A DNA stretch of 64,000 nt from an uncultured Pseudomonadota bacterium. Its GTDB lineage: Bacteria; Pseudomonadota; Gammaproteobacteria; Ga0077536. The position numbers and the translations under genes are program-made. Where the stretch lies: positions 60,078-124,077 of the forward strand of contig CAIKBL010000025.1 of assembly GCA_903825645.1 (NCBI GenBank), in the 5' to 3' direction. Every line of letters starts with the position of its first letter. Position 1 is the stretch's first letter. A model generated the notes under the pieces. It did no database searches and was not told the origin of the DNA. It worked only from the letters and a program-made list of their open reading frames with translations. Shown here piece after piece: positions 47,550 through 57,896 of this stretch.

Positions 47550-48563
47550 TCATTTCACTGGCAGGATACGGGTCTCACCGTGTTCCCATACATCAAAGTC
47601 ACTCAAACTAAGACCGCGGCGCTCAAGTGCGCGATACAATCGCAAGGGTGGCTCGTCTAGCGGCTCATCCGTCAACACAAACGTTCCCCAATGCATGGCA
47701 ACCGACCTTCGTGCGCCAAGGTCAAGATGCATTTGTACGGCCTCCTCCGGGTCGACATGGCTCGCAGCCATGAACCAACGGGGCGCGTAGGCACCGATCG
47801 GCAGGGCCGTCAAATCAACCGCACCGAGGCGAGCACGAATTTCCAGAAAATCGCGCGAATAACCCGTATCACCCGCAAAGAAAAAACTGGAACCATTTTC
47901 GCCATCCAGCCGCCAACCGCCCCAAAGCGAGCGGTTACGGTCCCACAGCCCGCGCCCACTCCAATGTTGGGCTGGCGTAAAGGTCGCGGTAAGCGATTTG
48001 AATTTGAGCGCATTCCACCAGTCAAGCTCGTCGACACCAGAAATTCGCCTCGCGTTAAACCAACGCCTCAACCCGAGAGGTACGAGAAATTGCGGCGGGC
48101 CACCCGGTTGTTGTAGTAACTGCCGTACCGTGGCCTCGTCCAGGTGGTCATAATGATTGTGGGAAATCAGAACCAGATCGATATGAGGCAATTGAGAAGC
48201 CTGCAGCGGAGGCGCGACCCAGCGGCGTGGCCCCATGAAGCTGAATGGCGATGCCCTTGGACTTAAATGAGGATCCGTAAGCACATTTATCCCGGAGAGC
48301 TGCAACAAAAAAGTCGCATGTCCTAGCCAGGTGAGTGATTGCTGAATCCGGTTAGCCGCGAGCCAGACTGCGTCGGGCTGTCGACAGGGGAATCGCCAAC
48401 CGCCCGGGGGAGGCGGCATGACTCCTTTGGTCAGTCTCTCCCACTGCCAGCGCCAGACACTTTCTCGCTTCCAGCCGCTCGGATAATTGTTCCGGAATCC
48501 TCCGGCAATATGATGCCCCGCTTGCGCGGGCGGTGCCCCTACACTGCTTGAATGAAGATCCAC
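47550..48563 (-). CDS. MBL-fold metallo-hydrolase (NAPE-PLD/RomA-like)
   Basis: TWLGHAT, LTDP, SHNHYDHLD, QHWSGR, FAGDTGY, PIGAYAPRW, MHWGTF.L.DE. Confidence 0.9.
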   Translation of the reverse strand: MDLHSSSVGAPPAQAGHHIAGGFRNNYPSGWKRESVWRWQWERLTKGVMPPPPGGWRFPCRQPDAVWLAANRIQQSLTWLGHATFLLQLSGINVLTDPHLSPRASPFSFMGPRRWVAPPLQASQLPHIDLVLISHNHYDHLDEATVRQLLQQPGGPPQFLVPLGLRRWFNARRISGVDELDWWNALKFKSLTATFTPAQHWSGRGLWDRNRSLWGGWRLDGENGSSFFFAGDTGYSRDFLEIRARLGAVDLTALPIGAYAPRWFMAASHVDPEEAVQMHLDLGARRSVAMHWGTFVLTDEPLDEPPLRLYRALERRGLSLSDFDVWEHGETRILPVK

Positions 48564-48594
48564 CGGATCCTTTCTTCCCTACATTGCCTACGAT

Positions 48595-49785
48595 TCAGCG
48601 AATAGTTCCTGCCGCGGCGAGTCTGGCTAGCGCCTCTTCCGTGTAGCCCAGATCTGAAAGGATTTCTCCGGTATGTGCTCCGATAGCCGCGACCCAAGGT
48701 TGGACGGCCGCGTGAGTCGCTGAAAAAAGGACGGGCGTATTGGGGACTTTCAAGGGACCTGCCGCATCGACAACTTCCGTCAGCATGCCCCGATACTCAA
48801 GTTGAGGATCATCCAGAGAGGCACTGATATCGCGATAGGGCGTCGCCGGTACGCCCGCTTTTTCGAGCAGTTGTACGATTTCGGACGTCGTCTTATTCGA
48901 TGCCCACCCCGAGACCAGATCAATAAGCTCATGGTAATGGTTAAATCGCTCGGTAGTCGTCGAAAATCGCACGTCTAATTTTAATTCCTGCTGACCCATG
49001 CAGTCGGCAATGCCCTCGAAATGCCGCTGTGAGATGAGCATCATCAACACGAATCCGTCAGCTGTCGTCACGGGTCCATAGATCCGGTCCCTATCCTCAG
49101 GATTAACGGCTTGCTGAAAATCCTTATGCATCGTTGCGAGCAGCGCGTCGTACATTGAGACATCAATATACTGTCCCAGGCCGGTCCTTTCTCGATAGAA
49201 AAGCGCACTTGAAATAGCCCCGTGAGCCTGCAGGGCAGCGGTAGTATCCCCCACGGGGATCCCCATGTTGAGCGGTTTGGTCAAGCCGGGCTGATAACGC
49301 AATGTCACCATTTCATAGCCGCACCAGGCCTGCACGATAGGCCCGAACGCTGGTCTGTTAGCCGAAGGTCCCGACTGACCGTAACCCGAAATGGAACACA
49401 TGATGAGATCTGGCTTCTCTTTTTTCAGGCGTTCGTAATCGAGCCCCAAGCGCGCCATGACTCCGGGACTATAGTTCTCGACCACTACATCAATGTTTGG
49501 CAACAGAGAAAAAATGACATCACGCGCCGCCGCTTGCTTCAAATCAAGGGCGATGCAACGTTTGCCACTATTGAGTTGACTGAACAGTGCGCTGACACGA
49601 CCCCTGAATGGCGGTCCATGTCGGAGTAATTCCCCTTCAAGTGGCTCCACTTTCAACACGTCAGCACCCAGATCAGCCATCAGTCGGGTGCAGTACGGTC
49701 CGGCAATCACCGCCGTAAAATCAAGGACACGAATCCCTTCCAGCACACGCGGCCCGTTTGGCCCTCGGTTTTTTTCGATGTTCAC
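48595..49785 (-). CDS. CaiB/BaiF family III CoA transferase
   Basis: LEGIRVLDF..IAGPYC..LMADLGADVLKVE, NSGKR, ENYSPG, SGYGQSGP, GDTTAA. Confidence 0.92.
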   Translation of the reverse strand: MNIEKNRGPNGPRVLEGIRVLDFTAVIAGPYCTRLMADLGADVLKVEPLEGELLRHGPPFRGRVSALFSQLNSGKRCIALDLKQAAARDVIFSLLPNIDVVVENYSPGVMARLGLDYERLKKEKPDLIMCSISGYGQSGPSANRPAFGPIVQAWCGYEMVTLRYQPGLTKPLNMGIPVGDTTAALQAHGAISSALFYRERTGLGQYIDVSMYDALLATMHKDFQQAVNPEDRDRIYGPVTTADGFVLMMLISQRHFEGIADCMGQQELKLDVRFSTTTERFNHYHELIDLVSGWASNKTTSEIVQLLEKAGVPATPYRDISASLDDPQLEYRGMLTEVVDAAGPLKVPNTPVLFSATHAAVQPWVAAIGAHTGEILSDLGYTEEALARLAAAGTIR

Positions 49786-49797
49786 GGAATACCTCGC

Positions 49798-51549
49798 TCA
49801 AATTTCACTGCTGACTAGTCGCGTACCAGCGGAGTCAGGGACAAGCTCAATACGATGAACATGGTACTGCGCCACTGATTGACGATGTGCAATACTCACC
49901 AATGTAGTGCCCGGCAGACGCTCCCGAAGTAAGCCGTAGAGATGCTGTTCCATAGCCGCATCCAACGCCGCGGTTGCTTCGTCCAGAAAAAGCCAGTCCG
50001 GTTTATTCAGCAAGGCGCGTGCGAACGCTACCCGTTGCTGCTCACCGACCGAAAGACGTTGTCCCCAATGTTCGGCCTCGTCGAGTCGCGCCACCAACTG
50101 GGGGAGCCCGCAATCGAGCAGTACCTCTGCGATCACCTCATCGCGGAAACCTTGAGAGGCCGCCGGGTAAGCAACGGCATCACGCAACGTGCCGATAGGC
50201 AGATAAGGACGTTGCGGCAGAAACATCATCCGTGCGTGAGCCGGCACGTCTATCGTCCCTTCGCCAAAGGGCCAAATGCCGGAAAGCGCCCGGAAAAGGG
50301 TGCTCTTCCCTATTCCCGAAGGTCCTGTCACAAGCGTGTGTTGCCCGCGGCGAATCATGGTCTCGATAGGCCCAAGCAAAACCTGTCCATCCGGTAATCG
50401 AATCGTCATATCCCTGAGCGCAATTGCGGTAGCGTCGGACGTCTGCGTTCGCTGAATGCCTTGATTGCTACTAGCTTCCAGCCGAGCGGCTTGTATCGCC
50501 TCGTGGAAACTGGCCAGACGAGCGAGGGTTGCACGCCATTGTGCGATTTCGCTATAAGCGGTCACGAACCATGACAGTGCGCCCTGGACCTGTCCAAACG
50601 CCGAAGAAGTCTGGAAAATCACCCCAAACTCAATTTTTCCCGCGAAGTAGCGCGGCGCGACTACCATAATCGGAAAAATAATCGCGATTTGTCGGTAGCC
50701 GGTGACAAACCAAGTGAGTCGTTTGCTATACACCATGAGTTGCCGAAAATTCCGCCAAACATCTAAGAACCGTCCGGTCAGATTTCGCTTTTCATCGTTT
50801 TCGCCACCATACGAGGCGATACTCTCTGCATTCTCACGCACCCGGACAAGATTGAATCGGAAGTTGGCCTCATATCGCTGCTGATTGAAGTTCAGCGTGG
50901 TCAATGCGGCGCCGACCTTGTGGGTAAGCCATGAGCCCACCACCGCGTAAATCAGCGCCACCCACATCATGTAGCCTTGAATGACTACCCCCGTGCCAAT
51001 CGGCAACGTGACCGGCCCGGAGAGCATCCACAAAATTCTTGAAAAGGTGATCAGGGTCACCACAGAACTTAGCAACTCGAGTCCCAGCGATAACGTCAGA
51101 CTGGCGAACTCCTTGAGATCCTCCTGAATACGCTGATCAACGTTGTCCGTCCCATATGACTTAAGTTCAAGCCGATAATGGACACGGTCGCGCAGCCAGC
51201 CGTCCAAGTACTTATCCGTGAGCCATCGACGCCAGCGTAATTGCAGCGCCAAATTAAGGTAACGGTTATAACCTGCCACCGCAATATAGATAGCCGCCAA
51301 CATCGAAAACCAACCAATCAGTCCCCAGAAATCTTCCACCTCTTTTTTTTGCAGGGCATTGTAAAAATTGTTGTACCAGGAATTAATCTGCACATCGAGG
51401 AAGACCATGAAAAGCGCGAGTCCAATCACGGCACCGAGAAGGCCACGGGCTACCCACCGCTCCTCGGAAGACCAAAAGGGCTTCGACAACGCCCACGCTT
51501 TACCCAAGGTACTGCGGCCGGTCAATGAAATCAGTGATAGGTCGGACAT
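49798..51549 (-). CDS. ABC transporter permease/ATP-binding fusion (YddA/ABCD-like)
   Basis: WYNNFYNALQ, DNVDQRI, EANFRF.LVRVRENAE, GPSGIGKS, LSVGEQQR, FLDEAT, SIAH. Confidence 0.92.
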   Translation of the reverse strand: MSDLSLISLTGRSTLGKAWALSKPFWSSEERWVARGLLGAVIGLALFMVFLDVQINSWYNNFYNALQKKEVEDFWGLIGWFSMLAAIYIAVAGYNRYLNLALQLRWRRWLTDKYLDGWLRDRVHYRLELKSYGTDNVDQRIQEDLKEFASLTLSLGLELLSSVVTLITFSRILWMLSGPVTLPIGTGVVIQGYMMWVALIYAVVGSWLTHKVGAALTTLNFNQQRYEANFRFNLVRVRENAESIASYGGENDEKRNLTGRFLDVWRNFRQLMVYSKRLTWFVTGYRQIAIIFPIMVVAPRYFAGKIEFGVIFQTSSAFGQVQGALSWFVTAYSEIAQWRATLARLASFHEAIQAARLEASSNQGIQRTQTSDATAIALRDMTIRLPDGQVLLGPIETMIRRGQHTLVTGPSGIGKSTLFRALSGIWPFGEGTIDVPAHARMMFLPQRPYLPIGTLRDAVAYPAASQGFRDEVIAEVLLDCGLPQLVARLDEAEHWGQRLSVGEQQRVAFARALLNKPDWLFLDEATAALDAAMEQHLYGLLRERLPGTTLVSIAHRQSVAQYHVHRIELVPDSAGTRLVSSEI

Positions 51550-51682
51550 GACAATCGTCCCGATGATGAAGAAGAATGACAAACAGCGTTGGCGATCATA
51601 GCCGAATCCCTTCCAGAGAGATGCGGTCGCCGCCCCAAATCACACTACAACGCGCAAGCACGTCCAAAGAGCCCCGCGCTTT

Positions 51683-52078
51683 TCAGACCCTATCCTGTGT
51701 CTCCTGCTCGAGCACATCAAATACTTCACGCGCTTGTCTGAACGCGTCAACGCCAGCCGGCATTCCGCAATAGACCGAGGCATGCAAGAGAATTTCGCGA
51801 ATTTCTAGTTTAGAAAGACCATTATTAAGCGCGCCGCGCAGATGAAGTTTAAGTTCGTGCGGCCTATTCAAGGCGATCAGCATCGCCACCGTAATCATGC
51901 TGCGTTCCCGAAGGCCGAGAATATCGCGCGTCCATACTGTACCCCAGGCGTTTTCGGTGACCATGTCTTGTAGCGGGCCACTAAAATCGTCAGCTTGCGC
52001 AAGCGCCCGTTCCACGTATTCAGCCCCGAGAACCCGCTTACGCACCACGAGTCCTGCCTCAAATTTAGCCGTCGTCAT
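51683..52078 (-). CDS. Carboxymuconolactone decarboxylase family protein (PcaC-like)
   Basis: GLVVRKRVLG.EYV, AWGTVWTR, RSMIT.AMLIALNR.HELKLH.RGA, YCGMPAG. Confidence 0.9.
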   Translation of the reverse strand: MTTAKFEAGLVVRKRVLGAEYVERALAQADDFSGPLQDMVTENAWGTVWTRDILGLRERSMITVAMLIALNRPHELKLHLRGALNNGLSKLEIREILLHASVYCGMPAGVDAFRQAREVFDVLEQETQDRV

Positions 52079-52408
52079 CTGCTTCCTCTCCTTAATGTTA
52101 TGTTGTAACTTTCAACCTTAAAGGCATTGGCTTCGAGACGACCAACGATTTTTAAAAATTGGCCGCGCCACGAAAAAAGGGTCATGGTTCTCCGCACTCG
52201 TACGCAGAGACTCCGGAGCCGTCCACGGCCACCGCGACGGGATCGTTGCTTGTCCTGTCTGGTCGACTTGTCCGCATACAGGACGATGCCCTATGTCTGG
52301 CAAATCTGACGCATCCAAGCCAACCGCAACAGATTCTCTGCACCCGACGCGAGCCACTGTCGACTCCGACTCACTCAAGATCAAGACCATGCAGCCGTTA
52401 CCGGTCCC

Positions 52409-54133
52409 ATGGTTACCCAATCACCCTTTCCATCGCGGCGTCTCGCCCTGAGTCTGGCTCTGTTCTTCTGCGTACTGGATATTACCTTCGCCCAAGCCGC
52501 CATGCCGGATGTCCGCATTCTGATCGATGTTTCCGGCAGTATGCGAAAAAATGACCCCCGTAACTTGCGTATTCCGGCATTGCGATTAGTTACCCAGCTA
52601 CTGCCTGAAGGCGCTAAAGCCGGTGTATGGCTTTTTGACGAGACGGCCAAGGCGATCGTGCCCTTGGGCTCAGTAAATGCGATGTGGAAAAAACAGGCCC
52701 GCGCTGAATCCACGAAAATCAACGCTAGGGGACAGTTTACCGATATTGAGAACGGTCTCAACACAGCCAGTGTGGACTGGAAAACGCCCACCACACCCGA
52801 TTCACCCCGACACATTATCTTGCTGACTGACGGGATGGTAGACGTCAGCGAAAACGCGGCCGAACGCGCGCAGTCTCGCGCCCGCCTGCTCTCGACCACG
52901 CTACCTCGCCTGCGCATGCTGGGCGCTCATATCCATGCGATTGCACTTTCAGCAGAAGCCGATTCCGCCTTGCTAGACGCGATGGCGCACGGAACCGACG
53001 GCTGGTTCCAGTCGATCAATACAGCGAGTAGCCTGCAACGAATTTTTTTGCACCTGTTTGAGCAGGCAGCAACCCCAGATAGTTTGCCGCTGCGCGACAA
53101 CCACTTCACTATCGACCCCAGCGTTCGCGAACTTACTGTGCTGGTTTTCCATCATCCGGACGGGCCCCCGCTTGAGTTAGTCGCGCCCGATGGCGCACAC
53201 CTTACGCGCGCGAGTACGAGCGATAGCCTCGTTTGGGAATCGGAAGAAGGATATGACATGGTCACACTGACTCGGCCCCGAGCGGGCACATGGTCGCTTA
53301 ATGCGCCGGTGGACCCAGACAACCGCGCATTGGTCGTTACCGATCTTTCGCTAAAATTAGACGAACTACCCACGCACTTGATGCCTGATGAGCCGCTGCC
53401 GGTCATTGCACGATTGCTTGAACACGGGAAACCGGAGATACGCCAGGAATTTCTGAAGTTGGTCAAGGCAGATACCGCGACCTTAGGTGCTGCTGGCAAG
53501 GGAGACGTCGCCACCCTCACGCTCGATTCGCGTGAGAGTTATTTCAATGGCACCGGCGCCACCCTGAGGGACCCAGGCGATTACGAACTGATCGTCAGAG
53601 CCGAAGGCCCTACTTTTCAAAGGGAGCATCATCACCACTTTAAAATAGACGGTCCACCGTTCAAATTCCGCGCAACAGAGGCTAAAGACGACACGGGAGC
53701 CAGAGTCATTCACCTCTCGACCGTTGCAAATCCCGATCTAGTCTCGAACGGGTCATTTTCCGGACTATTGGAATTGCGAACACCGGGCGCACCACCCCAA
53801 GTCCTTGAAATACCGCCGCTGGAGGGAAATGAAATCACGCTTGAGCTGGCGGCCCCTAGCGCCGGTAAATACATCTTACAGCCCTGGATCTTTGCCGAAA
53901 CACGTGCGGGTCGTAGCTTCCGGCTGAAGCCAGACCCCATGATGATAACGTTCGCCGACGGCACAAAAACAGCTCAAACAAGCGCCCCGCTAACATCTCA
54001 AGCCTCAGCGTCAGACTGGGAACGGACTGTTCTTGTGATCTTGGCCGGAAATTGCGCACTCGCCCTGCCAATCGCTTGCCTAGGTTGGTTGGCGCGCCGC
54101 AGAAACCGGTCTGAACCACGGTTATCCCTGTGA
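52409..54133 (+). CDS. VWA-domain membrane-anchored protein (TIGR03503-like)
   Basis: Signal peptide, MIDAS DVSGSM, TDI, LLTDG, beta-rich middle region, C-terminal TM followed by RRR. Confidence 0.85.
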   Translation: MVTQSPFPSRRLALSLALFFCVLDITFAQAAMPDVRILIDVSGSMRKNDPRNLRIPALRLVTQLLPEGAKAGVWLFDETAKAIVPLGSVNAMWKKQARAESTKINARGQFTDIENGLNTASVDWKTPTTPDSPRHIILLTDGMVDVSENAAERAQSRARLLSTTLPRLRMLGAHIHAIALSAEADSALLDAMAHGTDGWFQSINTASSLQRIFLHLFEQAATPDSLPLRDNHFTIDPSVRELTVLVFHHPDGPPLELVAPDGAHLTRASTSDSLVWESEEGYDMVTLTRPRAGTWSLNAPVDPDNRALVVTDLSLKLDELPTHLMPDEPLPVIARLLEHGKPEIRQEFLKLVKADTATLGAAGKGDVATLTLDSRESYFNGTGATLRDPGDYELIVRAEGPTFQREHHHHFKIDGPPFKFRATEAKDDTGARVIHLSTVANPDLVSNGSFSGLLELRTPGAPPQVLEIPPLEGNEITLELAAPSAGKYILQPWIFAETRAGRSFRLKPDPMMITFADGTKTAQTSAPLTSQASASDWERTVLVILAGNCALALPIACLGWLARRRNRSEPRLSL

Positions 54134-54927
54134 ATAACTTCAGCCCACTTGACTGGGGTCTTTTCGTTCTGGCGATTGAATTCGGGCTTGTGGCTTGTGG
54201 TATCGCATTCGTCGCTGGACGACGCACTCGCCAGATGAGTATTGTGCAGAACGCTGAAGTCAGCGCGCTCGTGGGAAAGGTAGATAGCGCCACCGGAACC
54301 CGACGAGAAGCACTGAGCGCCATCATATCGGAGACTTATCGATTCGATAGCGCGGATACTGAGCGTGTAGTGACTGATTTCATAGAACGGGAACGCGCTT
54401 TTTATAACGCGATGATCGGGGTACACCTAGGTCGAAATAACAAGACCCTCGCAGATGTACCCTCCGAACTAGCAAAAGTCGTGGCACCCTGGCTGCGTCT
54501 GACCCCTAAAAATTCGGCGAGTCCCGACACCGTGGTCGCGCTAGAAACAGAAAACGCGACACTCAATCGGGAACTAACTGACACTAAGCGTGTTCTCGAA
54601 GAGTTAATGGAGGAATACAACGCGCTGTATCACCAAGAGCAGCAGGCTAGAGCCCGATTGGTGGCACCGTCATCAAGCTTATTAAACCCGATGAATTCAG
54701 ACAGTACGCTGCCACTGAAGTCTGACAATGGAAAGCGCCCAATTGAAATCGACCCCATCGAGACGCAGGCTGACCCAGAACAACCTGGTGAAATTATCGC
54801 ATTAGATCTCGACGGAGAAGAACTCGCGCCGGTACTCGATCCGCACATTAGAATGGAACTCGACGATGAGTTGGCGTTCGCCGATTCCCCTGCCACCGGA
54901 CTACATGCGATGCGCCCAGATCGGTAA
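54130..54927 (+). CDS. Hypothetical protein with N-terminal TM, coiled coil and acidic tail
   Basis: GTGA overlap with the VWA gene; TM helix, LETENATLNRELTDTKRVLEELMEEY heptads, D/E/P-rich end. Confidence 0.7.
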   Translation: MNNFSPLDWGLFVLAIEFGLVACGIAFVAGRRTRQMSIVQNAEVSALVGKVDSATGTRREALSAIISETYRFDSADTERVVTDFIERERAFYNAMIGVHLGRNNKTLADVPSELAKVVAPWLRLTPKNSASPDTVVALETENATLNRELTDTKRVLEELMEEYNALYHQEQQARARLVAPSSSLLNPMNSDSTLPLKSDNGKRPIEIDPIETQADPEQPGEIIALDLDGEELAPVLDPHIRMELDDELAFADSPATGLHAMRPDR

Positions 54928-54940
54928 CTCGGCCCCCAGC

Positions 54941-55744
54941 TCAATCAAACCTGAACATATCCATGCGGAGTATGCGATAGCTCACACTGGTGTGAAGACG
55001 TTGTGCGCGCCAACCCTGGCCAGCGGCGCCCATCGCCACAAACATCGGCAATAGATGTTCAGCCGTCGGATGGTTGTGCTGCGCAAATGGGGCTTTTTCC
55101 CGATATTCCAGCAAAGTGGTTTCGTCGCCCTCCTGTATTTTTTCGCCCATCCAATCCGCAAATGCATCAACCCAGTCCGGCGCGGCTGTATTCCCCGCAG
55201 GAGGAGCCACCTGACCCAGGTTATGCGTAAACGCACCTGATCCAATCACGAGTACACGGCGACCACGAAAGGCGGTCAGCGCGCGCCCTAGTTCAAGATG
55301 ATACCGAGGATCGGCTCGCCCATCGATGCTGAGGGCGATAACCGGCACATCTGCCTGGGGATACATCAACATCAAAGGAACCCAGGTCCCGTGATCGAAT
55401 CCCCACTGATCATCGAGTTGAGCAGGGAGCCCGACATTAGAGAGGGCGCGCACCAACTTGTCCGCCAGATCGGGCGCCCCTGGGGCCGGGTAACTCATCT
55501 GATGGAGACTCGGATCGAAGCCGTTAAAGTCATGAATGGTTCTGGGATTTGGCGCCGAGGTAACACGCGCGACAGGCCCTTCGTCGTAGTGTGCAGAAGC
55601 TACTACGATGGCGTGTGGACGAGATAAGCTCGCACCCAGATCGAGCAAACACTGCCGCGCGGGCAAAGGCGTCAGCACTAAATTCGGGGCGCCATGCGAT
55701 AAGAACAAAGTAGGGAAGTTTCCCGAAAATTCCATAATGTTCAC
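54941..55744 (-). CDS. DODA-type extradiol ring-cleavage dioxygenase (YgiD/LigB family)
   Basis: LFLSHGAP, SAH, TIHDF.GF, DHGTWVPL, IGSG..THNL, HPTAEHLLP. Confidence 0.92.
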   Translation of the reverse strand: MNIMEFSGNFPTLFLSHGAPNLVLTPLPARQCLLDLGASLSRPHAIVVASAHYDEGPVARVTSAPNPRTIHDFNGFDPSLHQMSYPAPGAPDLADKLVRALSNVGLPAQLDDQWGFDHGTWVPLMLMYPQADVPVIALSIDGRADPRYHLELGRALTAFRGRRVLVIGSGAFTHNLGQVAPPAGNTAAPDWVDAFADWMGEKIQEGDETTLLEYREKAPFAQHNHPTAEHLLPMFVAMGAAGQGWRAQRLHTSVSYRILRMDMFRFD

Positions 55745-55922
55745 TCAGCTCTCGTGCGTTTTCTGTTTGAAATTGAGGTTACAGCAACAGCTCGATCGTC
55801 GTGTTTCTCAAAGTATTCGGTGGCGAAAGTAGCCTTTAAAACGGTCCAGAAATCTCTCTGTCTCTTCCGCACCTATTCCATCAGGCTCCTAAAGATTCAT
55901 CACCCGCAGGAGTCGTCGCCCT

Positions 55923-57089
55923 CTAAGCCGGGTACATCTTGATGAGATTTTTAGCGATGACAATACGCTGAATTTCGTTGGTCCCCTCTCCTATACACAT
56001 CAGGGGTGCGTCTCGATAATAACGCTCGATGTCAAATTCGGCTGAATAGCCGTACCCGCCATGGATGCGCATAGCTTCTTGCGAGCAATACAGTGCAGTT
56101 TCAGAAGCAAATAATTTTGCCATGCCGGCCTCCAGATCACAGCGCTCTCCGCGTACGTATTTTTCCGCTGCGCTGTTTGTCAGCAGCCTTGCGGCCTCCA
56201 CGCGCGTCGCCATCTCACCCAATTTCAGCGCGATCGCTTGATGTTCACAGATGGGTTTTCCGAAGGTTTTCCGTTGTTGTGAATATCGAATCGAATCTTT
56301 CAATGCGGCATTGGCAAGCCCCACGCCACGAGCAGCCACGTTGATGCGTCCAAGCTCTAGTCCGCCCACCGCGTGCTGGAAACCCTGACCTTCAACGCCC
56401 CCCAAAATACGTTCCGCGGGAATACGGAAATCGTTAAAACTGAGACCAACGCTCTCCACTGAACGGTAGCCTAGCTTCTTGAGTTTGCGATCTACGGTGA
56501 ATCCATCTCCCCTTTCGGCGAGGAACATGGTCATTCCTTTGTGTGCAGGTTTTGCCGACAGATCGGTCTTCGTAAGCACCGCATAAAGACTCCCGTACAT
56601 TCCATTGGTGATCCACATCTTGGAGCCGTTCAACACGTAGCCATCCCCGTCTCTTCGCGCATGCGTCTTGATGCCTTGCAGATCAGTGCCGGCATCCGGC
56701 TCCGTCAAACACAGTGCACCTCGGAGTTCACCCATGGCTAGCTTGGGTAAAAAATATTCCTTTTGCGCCAACGTGCCAAAGCGAAAAATCAAGGTACCAA
56801 GCATGAGGTGAGAATTCACAATACCGCCAATACTCATGAACACCTCGGCGATGGCCGTCACGATCTTGACGTACGTGGTCGCGGGCAGTCCCATTCCGCC
56901 ATATTCTGCCGGAATAGTCAGTCCAAAGAGCCCCAACTCTTTCATCTGCTCGACAAGGTCAAAAGGATATTCGTCTGCTTGTTCGTATTTCTTCGTCACC
57001 GGCCGGACTTCTTTTTCCAGCCAAGCAGTCACCGAATCCAAGATCTGTTTTTCGTCTTCCTGGCTGAAAGAAGCGTCTGCTATTGTCAT
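55923..57089 (-). CDS. Acyl-CoA dehydrogenase
   Basis: IPAEYGG, LTEPDAGTD, NGSKMWITNG, KLGY, RKTFGKPI, HGGYGY, IGEGTNEIQ. Confidence 0.94.
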   Translation of the reverse strand: MTIADASFSQEDEKQILDSVTAWLEKEVRPVTKKYEQADEYPFDLVEQMKELGLFGLTIPAEYGGMGLPATTYVKIVTAIAEVFMSIGGIVNSHLMLGTLIFRFGTLAQKEYFLPKLAMGELRGALCLTEPDAGTDLQGIKTHARRDGDGYVLNGSKMWITNGMYGSLYAVLTKTDLSAKPAHKGMTMFLAERGDGFTVDRKLKKLGYRSVESVGLSFNDFRIPAERILGGVEGQGFQHAVGGLELGRINVAARGVGLANAALKDSIRYSQQRKTFGKPICEHQAIALKLGEMATRVEAARLLTNSAAEKYVRGERCDLEAGMAKLFASETALYCSQEAMRIHGGYGYSAEFDIERYYRDAPLMCIGEGTNEIQRIVIAKNLIKMYPA

Positions 57090-57112
57090 GTCTATTTCCC
57101 TTTCTTTGAGAA

Positions 57113-57877
57113 TCAAATTGCCGTAAGTCCACCGTCGACGGGAATGACCGTGCCCGTCATATACGAGGCTTCTTCCGAGGCCAGAAACACAGCCACATTG
57201 ACGATTTCTATCGGCTCAGCCAACCTGTTCAGCAGATGCATAGCAGCCATTTGTCGAAGCGCCGCTTCTTTGTCATCGACATCGCGCAAATAACGTCTGG
57301 GCATTTCCGTATTGACGACTCCTGGGCAGATTGCATTGACGCGGATCCCCATCCCCGCGAGATCAGTCGCCATAGAACGGGCCAACTGAGCCAAACCACC
57401 CTTCGAGGCACCATAAGCTGCCATTGTCGGAAACCCAACAATTCCGCCGACTGACGAATTGTGGACAATGGAGCCTCCCCCACGTTTCACCATCTCTCGG
57501 GCTGCCAACTGACTCAGCAGAAAAGGGGCTCTGAGGTTCACTGCGAGCAGGCTATCAAGCTCTTCAACTGTCGTATCAAGGAACGGCTTACCAACCATTA
57601 AGCCGTGATTATTAAAGAGAATATCAAGTCCGCCAAACTGCTTAACCGTTTGTTTTACGAGTTTTTTTAGCAGGTTATCGCTGCACATGTCACCACCGAC
57701 ATATCCTAGCCTGTCGGGATGTGTAACACGCAGCTTTGCCACTGCCCCATGAGGTCGGCTAGCAAGGTCGCTGGCCATGACGCACGCCCCTTCTTCCAGA
57801 AACCGTCTGACCGCAACCTGCCCCTGCCCGCCTAAAGCACCCGTGATGATCGCAATTTTATTTTTTAACCGTCGCAC
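57113..57877 (-). CDS. SDR family oxidoreductase
   Basis: TGALGGQG, NNHG, YGASK, VNAICPG, VDGG. Confidence 0.92.
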   Translation of the reverse strand: MRRLKNKIAIITGALGGQGQVAVRRFLEEGACVMASDLASRPHGAVAKLRVTHPDRLGYVGGDMCSDNLLKKLVKQTVKQFGGLDILFNNHGLMVGKPFLDTTVEELDSLLAVNLRAPFLLSQLAAREMVKRGGGSIVHNSSVGGIVGFPTMAAYGASKGGLAQLARSMATDLAGMGIRVNAICPGVVNTEMPRRYLRDVDDKEAALRQMAAMHLLNRLAEPIEIVNVAVFLASEEASYMTGTVIPVDGGLTAI

Positions 57878-57896
57878 TTCCGCTCTCCTTTAATTT

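Noticed and set aside
47550-48563. Metallo-beta-lactamase resistance gene
   Set aside because: The motifs match the NAPE-PLD/RomA subgroup, not class B beta-lactamases.
57113-57877. 1-phenylethanol dehydrogenase (Ped) feeding Apc
   Set aside because: Only generic SDR motifs are present and the gene lies in a different operon.
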